From: an uncultured bacterium
GTDB taxonomy: Bacteria > Verrucomicrobiota > Verrucomicrobiia > Verrucomicrobiales > DEV007
Reading direction: 5' to 3'
Length of the DNA stretch: 64,000 nt
Assembly: GCA_963977015.1 (NCBI GenBank)
Contig: CAXBMO010000009.1
Span: 128,001-192,000, forward strand
Under the pieces are notes generated by a model, which did not search any database, had not been told where the DNA came from, and saw nothing but the letters and a program-made list of their open reading frames with translations. A program made the position numbers and the translations under genes. Shown here piece by piece: positions 36,576 to 46,013 of the stretch (position 1 is its first letter; each line of letters opens with the position of its first letter).

Positions 36576-39467
36576 TCAGTCGTAGCGAAACTGCACCGTG
36601 GCTGTGGTCGCGGAATCGCTGACGGCCCTCACCCAGTAAGCGCTGAATCCTTCCGGAAAGGTGTGTTGGATGGATTTCCCGGCTTCCAGCGCGAACGAGC
36701 GATACGGAATCCAGAGCCCGGTTCCGTCGATGTCCACTTCGAGCTGAATTTGAGCGTTGCTACGGGACGAAAGCTCGACCGATTTTTGATCGTAGGCCGT
36801 CATCAGATAGGGATCTGAGGGAACGTCGGCTTCAACTTCAGAATCGAACCACGGCCCGCCGGATCCCCGGGGCTTTCCAAGCTTCCAGAGGTCATCGACC
36901 ACGCCCGCCCAAATCGCGGCTTTGCCATCGGCGCTGCGGAAGACATGCTCGCTCTTGGTATCGTCATCAAGTCCGGTAAACAGCAGCAAGCCGTTGTGGG
37001 AACAGAAGTCGTGAATCGCGAGATTGTGGGTCGAGATTGGCCGGATCTTGGCAAGACCTTGCGCGTTCCGGGCCGGAAGTTCGTAAAAACTGCCGTGAAG
37101 ATTGAGGAGATCCCGCTCGGTCGCGACTTCCCGGCAAATGCGAGCGACGCCAAAACCGTCCGTCGGAGGCGCAATCTCCAATACCTGCTCAAACAGGGCG
37201 ATTTCGTAAACTCGCGAATACCCGGTTTTCTTCGCTGAAATCCGAAGGTGCTGAGCTGAAACCGGCTCGTCGAAAAGGAGTCGCCGTTTCACTGAAGAAT
37301 TCCCCCGAACCTCCCCGCCGGGAACAAGCTGCCATTCGCCACCATTCCGAATCTCAACATCAAAGTCAGACATCGCGTATTGCGGATCGTCGTTCCAACC
37401 GGAAACCACCCACAGGCTGCGGAAGGATTTCTGCTCGCCCAGATCCAGTTCGATCGAAGCAATCTCCGTGTTTTGGCTGATCCAACGATCGTCCTCTGCG
37501 ACGCTTCCATCAACGGCATTGGCCGCGTCGTAGGTCAGGTGGGTAGAACTCGCCGTGACGGCGGCTCCAATCGCCAGACTTTCGGAAAGGAAATCCGCCA
37601 ACGTTTTTCGGGGCTCTCCTTGAACCGATGCCTGGTAGCGTTCGTTCTTCGGAAGCCGGTAACGTTGCCCATCTTCCTCCACAATGACGGAAGCGGCATC
37701 AACCTGAACCGAACGAAGCGGTTGCCTTACCGCCGAGACGATCTCAGAAATTGCGGCGGGCTCGTCCACCGAAACCAGTTCCATTTTCTGGCTCAGCTCG
37801 TAGTAGGCGGCATCGCTGCCGTCCGGAGAAGAAGCCGCGACCAACCCGAGACGGTCGAAGGCGAGACTGCGCATCAAGCCAAAGGACTTGGCAGGTTCAT
37901 CCGGCGTGGCAATCCCGGCAAACTCAGCCGCGTTCTCATTATCGCGTTCATCGCGATCGCGAAACTGGAAATTGGCGGTAACCGCCTTTGCTGCTTGTTG
38001 ACTGGTCAGGCGAATCCACGCCCCGGCTTCGCTTTCGCTGAACACCACCGATTCCACTCCGTTCGCGGGAACGGTAATCTCGCGAAGCGTTTCCCAATCG
38101 TTGTTCCCCGCCCGGTCCACTTCCAACTGAAACGTCACTGCGGATTCCGATTGATGGGTCAGGTGAATCTGGCGGAAATCATAGCCGGAGAACAGAAACG
38201 GATCGCTCGTTTGCTGGGCTTCGAGGTCTTCGCGAAGCCAGACCGAGCCACGGCCAATCGCCGGACCAAAGGCATCGAGTTGAGCCGCGTCGATGAACCA
38301 GAGGTTGGAGTTCGATTGCTTGGGCGAGGCATGCGCAGCCTTGAAGTGCCGCGTATTGAGGAACTCCGATTTCGCGGAATCATCGCAACCCAGCACGAGC
38401 CGATCGCCCCATTTGCAGAAATCGCCGATCACCTTGAGGTAGTTCGAACGTGGCGCGATCCCAGCTGAATTTTCGCGCGAAAACTCTACTGGAAAGCGCC
38501 AAAACGTTCCGTGCATCGTCGCGAGCAGATCATCTTCGCCAATCTCGCGAATCCGCGGCCACTCCGTGTTCCAACCATGGGCGCCATCGTAACTGTGACT
38601 CGCCTTGGGCAGCCGGTAAAAATGCCATTCGCCGCCCTCCAACAACCCGAGCAACAACGACCGCGAATCCCAACCCATTGCCCAAACCGGGTCCTTCTCA
38701 GGATTGGCGTTTCCCTCAATTCCGCCCGGGCCGGTCAATTCCGTGAATTGATTCCGGCGGACCAATTGCCAATCTCCCTCGCCAAACCATTGCGCCAACG
38801 CGCCCGATGAACTCGTTGGATCCGTCTTGGCCGCAGTTCCAACTTCACCGTTGTTGGAATACATGAGCCGGCCTTGCCCGGAATAAAGTCCCTTCCCATG
38901 ATAGCCAGGCAACGTGCTCGCGATTCCCTCGCTTCCCTTCGCGGCATGCCCGTCCAGAATCAGGTTCTTCACACCTAACGAATGAACATCGACTTCGTAG
39001 AGCCCCTCCTCCATCGTGGCGTAATAGACCTTGTTTTCCGGATCCGTGAGATGCCTCGCATTGCCAGTCAACCGCCCCAACATCTGCGTGGATGGAATCA
39101 CCCGGATGTTTTTCTCGGCATCAATCAAATAGGGACCGATCAGCAGCTGATTCGATTCCTGGTGAATCAGTCGATTTGCCGGCGTTCCTCCCACGCTTCC
39201 CTCAAAGATCGTCTGGGTCAGGTCTTCGCCAATTTCATAAAGCTTGTCGCTCGAGCCCTTCGGTGCATGAGGCGCGTAGGTGATCGCCCAGAGACTCCCC
39301 TGCCAGGGAACAATCGCCCCCGTGCCGCATTCCCCTTCCAGATTTCGCATCGTCAAATGCGGGTAAACACCGGAAATGCTGATCGGCTCTTCCGCCTTGA
39401 GGATCGAAATCGAAATTCCTGCAACGAGCAGGGAACAGAAGGCAAGAAAGGGGTTTCGTGGATTCAT
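36576..39467 (-). CDS. Large exported hypothetical protein with an internal discoidin (F5/8 type C, CBM32-like) domain
   Basis: Signal peptide from ATG 39467; ASS...AANAVDG...RWIS...LDLG...AQHLRI...EIALF discoidin pattern. Confidence 0.7.
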   Translation of the reverse strand: MNPRNPFLAFCSLLVAGISISILKAEEPISISGVYPHLTMRNLEGECGTGAIVPWQGSLWAITYAPHAPKGSSDKLYEIGEDLTQTIFEGSVGGTPANRLIHQESNQLLIGPYLIDAEKNIRVIPSTQMLGRLTGNARHLTDPENKVYYATMEEGLYEVDVHSLGVKNLILDGHAAKGSEGIASTLPGYHGKGLYSGQGRLMYSNNGEVGTAAKTDPTSSSGALAQWFGEGDWQLVRRNQFTELTGPGGIEGNANPEKDPVWAMGWDSRSLLLGLLEGGEWHFYRLPKASHSYDGAHGWNTEWPRIREIGEDDLLATMHGTFWRFPVEFSRENSAGIAPRSNYLKVIGDFCKWGDRLVLGCDDSAKSEFLNTRHFKAAHASPKQSNSNLWFIDAAQLDAFGPAIGRGSVWLREDLEAQQTSDPFLFSGYDFRQIHLTHQSESAVTFQLEVDRAGNNDWETLREITVPANGVESVVFSESEAGAWIRLTSQQAAKAVTANFQFRDRDERDNENAAEFAGIATPDEPAKSFGLMRSLAFDRLGLVAASSPDGSDAAYYELSQKMELVSVDEPAAISEIVSAVRQPLRSVQVDAASVIVEEDGQRYRLPKNERYQASVQGEPRKTLADFLSESLAIGAAVTASSTHLTYDAANAVDGSVAEDDRWISQNTEIASIELDLGEQKSFRSLWVVSGWNDDPQYAMSDFDVEIRNGGEWQLVPGGEVRGNSSVKRRLLFDEPVSAQHLRISAKKTGYSRVYEIALFEQVLEIAPPTDGFGVARICREVATERDLLNLHGSFYELPARNAQGLAKIRPISTHNLAIHDFCSHNGLLLFTGLDDDTKSEHVFRSADGKAAIWAGVVDDLWKLGKPRGSGGPWFDSEVEADVPSDPYLMTAYDQKSVELSSRSNAQIQLEVDIDGTGLWIPYRSFALEAGKSIQHTFPEGFSAYWVRAVSDSATTATVQFRYD

Positions 39468-39605
39468 GATTTGAGGATGGATAAACAGGCGCGAATTCCG
39501 CATCTGCAAGGCAAGAAGGCCAATGCCACGCTTTTTGGACAAATTACCTCCGTGTATTTTGGCGTCTGGATGCCTTTTTGAACGTCGCCCAGGCTTTAGG
39601 CCGCC

Positions 39606-40799
39606 TCAATATTTCGGCATCGACGGATCCACTTCCTCGGCCCAGGCGGTGATCCCACCAGCAATGTTGATGCTGCGATCAATGCCGGCTTCGTGCATGA
39701 GTTTTACCGCCTTTGCGCTGCGTCCGCCCATTTTGCAGTGAATGTAGATCTCGCGATCGCGCGGGATTTCATCGAGGCGATCGGCGATTTCACCAAGCGG
39801 AATGAGAGTGCTGCCCGGAATCCGGCAAATCTGGTATTCGGAATGCTCGCGGACGTCGATCAAGGTGATTTCACCTTGGTCCATGCGCTCTTTCAGCTCA
39901 GATACGGTGATTTCAGGAAGTGGTGATGAGGAGTGCATGGAGTCAGGGGACGGATCGGGGCCACTGCAGAATTGGTCGTAATCGATCAATTCATGAATCG
40001 AGCGGTTGGGCCCACAAACAGGACATTGTTCGTCGCGGCGCAACCGGATTTCGCGAAACTTGAACTGGAGCGCGTCAAAATGAACGAGTCGCCCGACCAG
40101 TGGATCCCCGATTCCGGTGATGAGCTTGATCGCTTCCAGCGCCTGCATCGAGCCAATGATGCCGGGCAGCACGCCGAGAACGCCGCCTTCGGCACAGGAC
40201 GGAACGGAGCCCGGATCCGGTGGGTTCGGGAAAAGACAGCGGTAGCATGGCCCTCCCAAATTCGGGGCAAAAACGGAAACCTGGCCTTCGAATCGGAAAA
40301 TGGAGCCGTAGACGTTCGGTTTCCCGGTCAAAACCGCCAAATCATTGCTGAGATAGCGCGTCGCGAAATTGTCGGTTCCATCGAGAATGAGGTCGAAGGG
40401 TTCGGCGATCGATTTGGCGTTCTCGCCGGTAAGGCGTTCCTCAAAACCGACGAGTTCGAGATGCGGATTGATCTCCCGCAAGGTCTCCTTCGCCGATTCC
40501 AGCTTGGACCGGCCAATGTCGCTTTCGCCATGAACGATCTGACGTTGCAGATTGGAGCGATCCACGTGGTCAAACTCGACCAAGCCCAACTTTCCAACCC
40601 CCGCAGCGGCCAGGTAGAGGGACGCCGGGCTCCCCAGTCCGCCAAGGCCGATGCAGAGAACCGAAGCGGCCCGAAGCCGTTTTTGAGCCTCAACGCCAAA
40701 ATCCGGGATCGTGATGTGTCGCGCGTAGCGTTCCAACTCGCGGGATGACAGGTCAACCGCTTCGCTTTTTTCGGTCGGGATGAGGGGAGAAAAAGACAT
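39606..40799 (-). CDS. moeB: MoeB/ThiF adenylyltransferase with C-terminal rhodanese (MoeZ-type)
   Basis: GLGGLG, SNLQRQ, DGTDNF, CYRC, SCAEGGVLG, CPVC, DVRE, HCKMGGRS. Confidence 0.93.
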   Translation of the reverse strand: MSFSPLIPTEKSEAVDLSSRELERYARHITIPDFGVEAQKRLRAASVLCIGLGGLGSPASLYLAAAGVGKLGLVEFDHVDRSNLQRQIVHGESDIGRSKLESAKETLREINPHLELVGFEERLTGENAKSIAEPFDLILDGTDNFATRYLSNDLAVLTGKPNVYGSIFRFEGQVSVFAPNLGGPCYRCLFPNPPDPGSVPSCAEGGVLGVLPGIIGSMQALEAIKLITGIGDPLVGRLVHFDALQFKFREIRLRRDEQCPVCGPNRSIHELIDYDQFCSGPDPSPDSMHSSSPLPEITVSELKERMDQGEITLIDVREHSEYQICRIPGSTLIPLGEIADRLDEIPRDREIYIHCKMGGRSAKAVKLMHEAGIDRSINIAGGITAWAEEVDPSMPKY

Positions 40800-40857
40800 C
40801 GTTGGGCTTTTCAATCAGTCAGGTTGCGTCCAGCTTTTCGCAACCGTAATGACGTAT

Positions 40858-42339
40858 ATGCTTACTACCACCACATTTTGGAAACCTCGATGGATGTTCG
40901 GTCTGGCCGTCATGGTCACCGGATTCCTTTCGGTCCACGCTCAAGAAGCGAAGGTCGAACTCAAGTATGAGGAATTGGAGCCGATGCTGACGTTTGACCC
41001 CTCCCCGATCAAGCCGATGGGGCCACAGAGCAGCTACGCGGACATGCTGGAGAAAATCACCCCTTCCGTGGTCACGATTTTTTCCAAGCGGGGCAAAGAC
41101 CCGCGAATGGACGAGATGATGGATGATCCGTTGTTCAAGCGGCTCTTCCCGGATCAGATGCCGAACATTCCGGTGACGGGCGCAGGCGTGGTCATCACCT
41201 CGGACGGCTATATTTTGACCAATAACCATGTCGTTGAGCTTTCCGAGGAACTCCGGGTTCATCTCGATGCAACGAATGAAGAATACGATGCCAAACTGAT
41301 CGCGGCGGATCCGAAATCGGATGTGGCGCTGATCAAGCTGGAAGGCGCGAAGGACCTGAAAGTCATGCCCATCGGCGATAGCAAGAAGCTCCGGGTGGGC
41401 GACGTGACCTTCGCGATCGGCAACCCGTTTGGGCTCGCTCAAACCGTGACCATGGGAATCGTGAGCGCGCTGGGTCGAAGCAGTAGTGACGTCAGCATCC
41501 TGGAATATGCGAATCTGATTCAGACCGATGCCGCCATCAACCGGGGAAACTCGGGTGGAGCGCTGGTCGATGCCCAGGGCCGATTGGTCGGCATCAACAC
41601 CGCGATTCAAGGCGGGATGAATGGGGGCAATGTCGGAATTGGTTTCGCGATTCCCTCCAACATGGCGCTCGATATCGTGAATCGACTGCTCGAGGGCGGC
41701 GGCAAGGTTCGACGCGGCTTCCTCGGAGTGAGCTTGCAGCCGCTGGATCGTGATCTGGCGACGGGACTCGACTGGAAAAAGCGTTATGGCGTCCTGATTT
41801 CCCAAGTCGGTCCGGAAACGCCGGCCGCGATCGCAGGATTGGAAGCCAGCGACATCATCACGAACTTCGAAGGTGAACAGGCTCGTTCGCTCGACTCTCT
41901 CCGGCTGCGAATCAGCAACACGCCCCCCAACAAAGAGGTGACGTTCGGCATTTTCCGCAAAGGCAAGGAAATGGAAGTCAAAGTCACTCTCGCAGAGCTT
42001 CCCGAAGATCCCGCCTCCGTCATGGGAATCGGACGCGGCCCGGGAATCGAAGAAATCATCGAAGGGGTTGAGATTGCGGATCTCAACGAGGAAAACCGCG
42101 CGGCGAACGACATCGCGGACGACATCGAAGGCGTTCTCGTCCAAAGCGTGGATCCCAACTCCGTCGCTGCCGAGTCGGGACTGCGTGAAGGTCAGGTGAT
42201 CCTTGAAGTGAACCAGATTGCCGTATCGTCTGTAAACGACGCCATGAAGGCGCGGCTTCAATTTGAAGGGTCCGTCTTACTCCTGCGAGTTAGTTCGCAA
42301 GGGGCAAGCACCATTCTCGCGGTCCGACTGAAGGACTAG
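40858..42339 (+). CDS. HtrA/DegP-family serine protease with two PDZ domains (start 40849 or 40858)
   Basis: TNNHVV, SDVAL, AIGNPFGL, TDAAINRGNSGG and two PDZ domains. Confidence 0.93.
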   Translation: MLTTTTFWKPRWMFGLAVMVTGFLSVHAQEAKVELKYEELEPMLTFDPSPIKPMGPQSSYADMLEKITPSVVTIFSKRGKDPRMDEMMDDPLFKRLFPDQMPNIPVTGAGVVITSDGYILTNNHVVELSEELRVHLDATNEEYDAKLIAADPKSDVALIKLEGAKDLKVMPIGDSKKLRVGDVTFAIGNPFGLAQTVTMGIVSALGRSSSDVSILEYANLIQTDAAINRGNSGGALVDAQGRLVGINTAIQGGMNGGNVGIGFAIPSNMALDIVNRLLEGGGKVRRGFLGVSLQPLDRDLATGLDWKKRYGVLISQVGPETPAAIAGLEASDIITNFEGEQARSLDSLRLRISNTPPNKEVTFGIFRKGKEMEVKVTLAELPEDPASVMGIGRGPGIEEIIEGVEIADLNEENRAANDIADDIEGVLVQSVDPNSVAAESGLREGQVILEVNQIAVSSVNDAMKARLQFEGSVLLLRVSSQGASTILAVRLKD

Positions 42340-42418
42340 AAAACGCGCTTCCAACCTTTATCCACGAATCACAGGTCTCTACTCACGTTTGGGTAGAGGC
42401 CTGTGTTAGTTTGGCCCC

Positions 42419-43240
42419 ATGGAATTTCTCAAGCCGGTGTTTCGGATCATCCTGGTCCTGCTCGTCGTTGTTCCGCTTCTCATTTACCTGGTGCAGGCCA
42501 AATTGATTTATTTTCCCCGGACCTACGGCAACTACGGAACCTATCTGCGGCGCGTTGAGCATTTGAAGTTCGAGAATCGCGGCAAATCCCAGACCGCGTT
42601 TCTCATCAACAAGGGTCATGAGCCGATTGAGAGAGTTTGGTGGGTTTTCGGCGGGAATGGCTCGCTCGCGCTCGATTGGCTTGATCAAATTGAAGCGGTC
42701 AATGCTCCCGGAGTCATCTTTGTCATGGTCGATTATCCCGGTTACGGCATTTGTGAAGGCCGTCCCAATCCCTCTTCCATTCGGCGTTCGATTGATCGCC
42801 TTATTCCGGTGGTCGCAAAACGCTTGAACCTTTCCGAGGAACTGTTGCTGCAGAAATCCGCGACACTGGGCCATTCACTCGGGGCGGCGGTTGCCCTGGA
42901 AATGGCGGCGCGTTTTGACCTTCAGTTGGTGGTCGCGATTTCGCCATTCACCACAATGAAAGCGATGGCGTCGCGAACGGTCGGACCGGTTTTGTCGAAT
43001 TTGTTAACCCATCGCTATGACAACCTCAGTTCCCTTCGCTCCCTCCACGAGAAAGGAACGGCACAGGTCTTGATGTTTCACGGCGATCGCGACCAAATCG
43101 TTCCGTTTGAGATGGGCAAACAGCTCAGCCAGAATTTTTCGGCGGTGGTGAAGTTTCAGTCCGTCCCCGGGGCGGGACATAACGACATCATCAACTTCCT
43201 TGAGGAAGAACTTACCCGGGTCATCTCCCACGGAAGTTGA
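42419..43240 (+). CDS. Alpha/beta hydrolase
   Basis: GHSLG nucleophile elbow, HGDRD, GAGHND; N-terminal TM. Confidence 0.9.
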   Translation: MEFLKPVFRIILVLLVVVPLLIYLVQAKLIYFPRTYGNYGTYLRRVEHLKFENRGKSQTAFLINKGHEPIERVWWVFGGNGSLALDWLDQIEAVNAPGVIFVMVDYPGYGICEGRPNPSSIRRSIDRLIPVVAKRLNLSEELLLQKSATLGHSLGAAVALEMAARFDLQLVVAISPFTTMKAMASRTVGPVLSNLLTHRYDNLSSLRSLHEKGTAQVLMFHGDRDQIVPFEMGKQLSQNFSAVVKFQSVPGAGHNDIINFLEEELTRVISHGS

Positions 43241-44535
43241 CTTTTGTTAGGATATGTTTACTTCTTAGTGGTATTAATTCTCGAATCCATCGCTTTTTTG
43301 GGCGTTGCCTCTTTTTCTCCGCTCCTTTCTGGATCTGCGCATCCCTTCAGGCTGAGGTCCGGTCTTTCACGGTCGATTCCGACGTTGAATTTGCCGTCTC
43401 CCACAATCTGGAGCTTCAAGCTGCTCGGCAACGAATCGCGATCGCGGAATCAAACCTTAAATGGTCGGGTAGATTGGCGGATCCGGAGATTGAGATTGGC
43501 GGGAGCATTGATCAGTTTGGATTGAACGACGACGAAAGCGTCTGGGAAGTCGCCATCGCGCAGGAGTTTCCCCTGACCCACCGGTTGGCACGGGAACGCG
43601 ATCTTTCCGCTGCGGATCTGGCCCTCGCCCAAGCCGAAGTGCGGATGAAGGAATGGGAATTTGCGGCGATCGTCCGGCGCGACGCGATCGACGCCCTGGC
43701 CATCAAAACCAAGGCCGATTTGCAGGAGCAGCTTCGAGCGGGAGCCGAGGAAGTGGCCAGCGCCATCAAACAAGCGTTTCAAGCGGCCGAAGCCTCCCAA
43801 CTCGACGTCACCGACTCGGAATTGGAACTGAGAAGCCAGATTGACGAGTCCCGGCGACTGCGGGCTCAGGAAATTGAAGCCAACGGCAAGCTCCGCAGTC
43901 ACATGAGTTTGCCTCCTGATGCGACCGTCAACATGGCGGGGCGTTTGGGCATTTCCTCCAGGTTTGTTCCGATTACGATCACCGATGAGGTGCTTTCGCG
44001 CCGACCGGATTTGCAGCTGCACATGCTGAAGGAGGGACGAGCCGAAGCGGCAATTGCCCTGGCCAAATCCCAGCGCTGGCAGGACGTTGCCGTAAAATTG
44101 TTCATGGAGCGTGAAGCCGGCGTCGACGAGCCCGACGGTTTGGAGCGCAACACCTTTTTGGGAATCGGCTTGTCGTTTCAACTTCCGCTTCGCACACCGG
44201 TTGATCGGTTGACGGCGGAACCGCGCGGCGAACTAGCAATGGCCAAAGCCACCACCGCGGCGTTGGCGGCTCAAATTCGCAATGAAATCGCGACCGCCAA
44301 CCAAATCGCGGCCGAGCGTCACCGGATCTGGCAACAAGCCAGCGGAGAAACGCTGCAATTGGCACGACGCCACGTCAGCGAAGTGAACGAAGCGTGGCAA
44401 ATCGGCAAGGTCGACTTTTTCCGCCTTCGTCAGGCTCAGGAACGGGCTCTCAATCTGGAAAAAATTGCGGTCGAAAGTTTGCGGGATTTTCACCAGGCCC
44501 GGGCCGAACTTCAGTTCGCCGCCGCGCTGCCTTAA
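43237..44535 (+). CDS. TolC/CzcC-family outer membrane efflux protein
   Basis: A..HN.ELQAAR, DPEIEIG, QEFP, RRPDL, GLSFQLP. The start overlaps the upstream stop (TTGA). Confidence 0.82.
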   Translation: MTFVRICLLLSGINSRIHRFFGRCLFFSAPFWICASLQAEVRSFTVDSDVEFAVSHNLELQAARQRIAIAESNLKWSGRLADPEIEIGGSIDQFGLNDDESVWEVAIAQEFPLTHRLARERDLSAADLALAQAEVRMKEWEFAAIVRRDAIDALAIKTKADLQEQLRAGAEEVASAIKQAFQAAEASQLDVTDSELELRSQIDESRRLRAQEIEANGKLRSHMSLPPDATVNMAGRLGISSRFVPITITDEVLSRRPDLQLHMLKEGRAEAAIALAKSQRWQDVAVKLFMEREAGVDEPDGLERNTFLGIGLSFQLPLRTPVDRLTAEPRGELAMAKATTAALAAQIRNEIATANQIAAERHRIWQQASGETLQLARRHVSEVNEAWQIGKVDFFRLRQAQERALNLEKIAVESLRDFHQARAELQFAAALP

Positions 44536-44622
44536 TTTCTGCATTCCGTTTTTCGCCGGCCGCGTATATCATTGAAGAATATGCCAAGTTCGCCCCGTGT
44601 GATTGGCTGTACATTATCATCG

Positions 44623-45930
44623 ATGAAAGCCCTGCTATCCAACTCCGGAGAACTCACTCGTCGCCGTTTCGTCTCCAACGCAGCCAAAACCCTGCTCGGA
44701 GTTTCCACCCTCCCGGCAAGCATGATGTTCGGGAACTCGGTTCTGGCGGCAGGCAAAGGCGCTTCGGCACTCAAGCAGGTCCAAACCGCGAAACGCGTCA
44801 TTTACGTCTACCTGAGCGGTGGGATGAGCCATCTCGACACCTTTGACCCGAAACCGGGCCAGGAAGTGATGGGGCCGACCCGCGCGATCAAGACCAAAAC
44901 GGACGGCATCCAGATTAGCGAATATCTTCCGCGACTGGCGCGACTGTCCGAGAAACTGGCCATCATTCGTTCCCTCAGCTCCACACAGGGTGCCCACAAA
45001 CAGGGTAACTACATGATGCACACCAGTTACGAGCTGCGCAGCTCGATCCGGCACCCCGCCATGGGAGCCTGGATGCTGAAGTTCCAGAAGAACGACAATC
45101 CCGCGCTTCCCGGCAATATCATGATTGGAAACGACAGCCAGCACCCGGGCGCCGGGTTCTTTGAGTCGCGGCTCAATCCGTTGATGATCAGCGATCCGGA
45201 GGGAGGCTTGAAGAACAGCCAACGCATCAAACGGCTGGATGAGGAGACGTTCACCCGCCAGATCAGCATGGCGGAGAAACTCGATGCCGGATTCGTCCAA
45301 AAATACGATCAAAAGAATGTCCGCGCCTACAGCGACATGTATGACGATGCGTTGAAGTTGATGCAGAGTAAGGATTTGGCCGCCTTTGACATCAAGCAGG
45401 AGCCGGAAGGCCTTCGGGAACGCTACGGCAAGGATCGATTCGGCCAGGGAATGCTGCTCGCGCGCCGATTGGCGGAGAATGGCGTTCGGTTCGTCGAAGT
45501 TTCCTTGGGCGGATGGGACACCCACAATGCCAACTTCGTGAACCTGCCCGAAAAAGCGGAAGAACTCGATCAGGCGTTGTCCGCGTTGCTGGTCGATCTC
45601 GAGCGGCGTGGCATGCTCGATTCAACCCTCGTTGTCCTCGCGACCGAATTCGGCCGAACCCCGGAAATCAACTCCAATGAAGGCCGGGATCACCATCCTC
45701 AGGCGTTTTCCTGCCTGTTGGCAGGTGGCGGTATTCGGGGGGGGCAGGTTTGGGGCCAAACCGACCAAACAGGGAGCAAAATCGTCGATGGAAAGATTAC
45801 GATTCCGGATTTCAACGCGACGATCGCCTATGCGCTCGGGCTCCCGCTGGATCATGTGTTGTATTCCCCATCCATGCGCCCGTTTACGGTGGCAGACAAA
45901 GGAAAGCCGTTGGCTTCCCTGTTTGGATAG
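44623..45930 (+). CDS. DUF1501 domain protein (Tat-exported)
   Basis: TRRRFV Tat motif, GGMSHLDTFDPKP, GGWDTH, TEFGRTP, GRDHHP. Confidence 0.93.
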   Translation: MKALLSNSGELTRRRFVSNAAKTLLGVSTLPASMMFGNSVLAAGKGASALKQVQTAKRVIYVYLSGGMSHLDTFDPKPGQEVMGPTRAIKTKTDGIQISEYLPRLARLSEKLAIIRSLSSTQGAHKQGNYMMHTSYELRSSIRHPAMGAWMLKFQKNDNPALPGNIMIGNDSQHPGAGFFESRLNPLMISDPEGGLKNSQRIKRLDEETFTRQISMAEKLDAGFVQKYDQKNVRAYSDMYDDALKLMQSKDLAAFDIKQEPEGLRERYGKDRFGQGMLLARRLAENGVRFVEVSLGGWDTHNANFVNLPEKAEELDQALSALLVDLERRGMLDSTLVVLATEFGRTPEINSNEGRDHHPQAFSCLLAGGGIRGGQVWGQTDQTGSKIVDGKITIPDFNATIAYALGLPLDHVLYSPSMRPFTVADKGKPLASLFG

Positions 45931-46013
45931 ATTTCGCCGTCACCGCTCCATTTGACTCTCCCAGAAGTCGAATTTGACCTATACGAACGCGAGAAGTATG
46001 GCTAACGTACCTC

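Noticed and set aside
40819-42261. 480-aa - strand ORF
   Set aside because: Antisense shadow of the HtrA gene; long shadow ORFs are common in GC-rich coding DNA.
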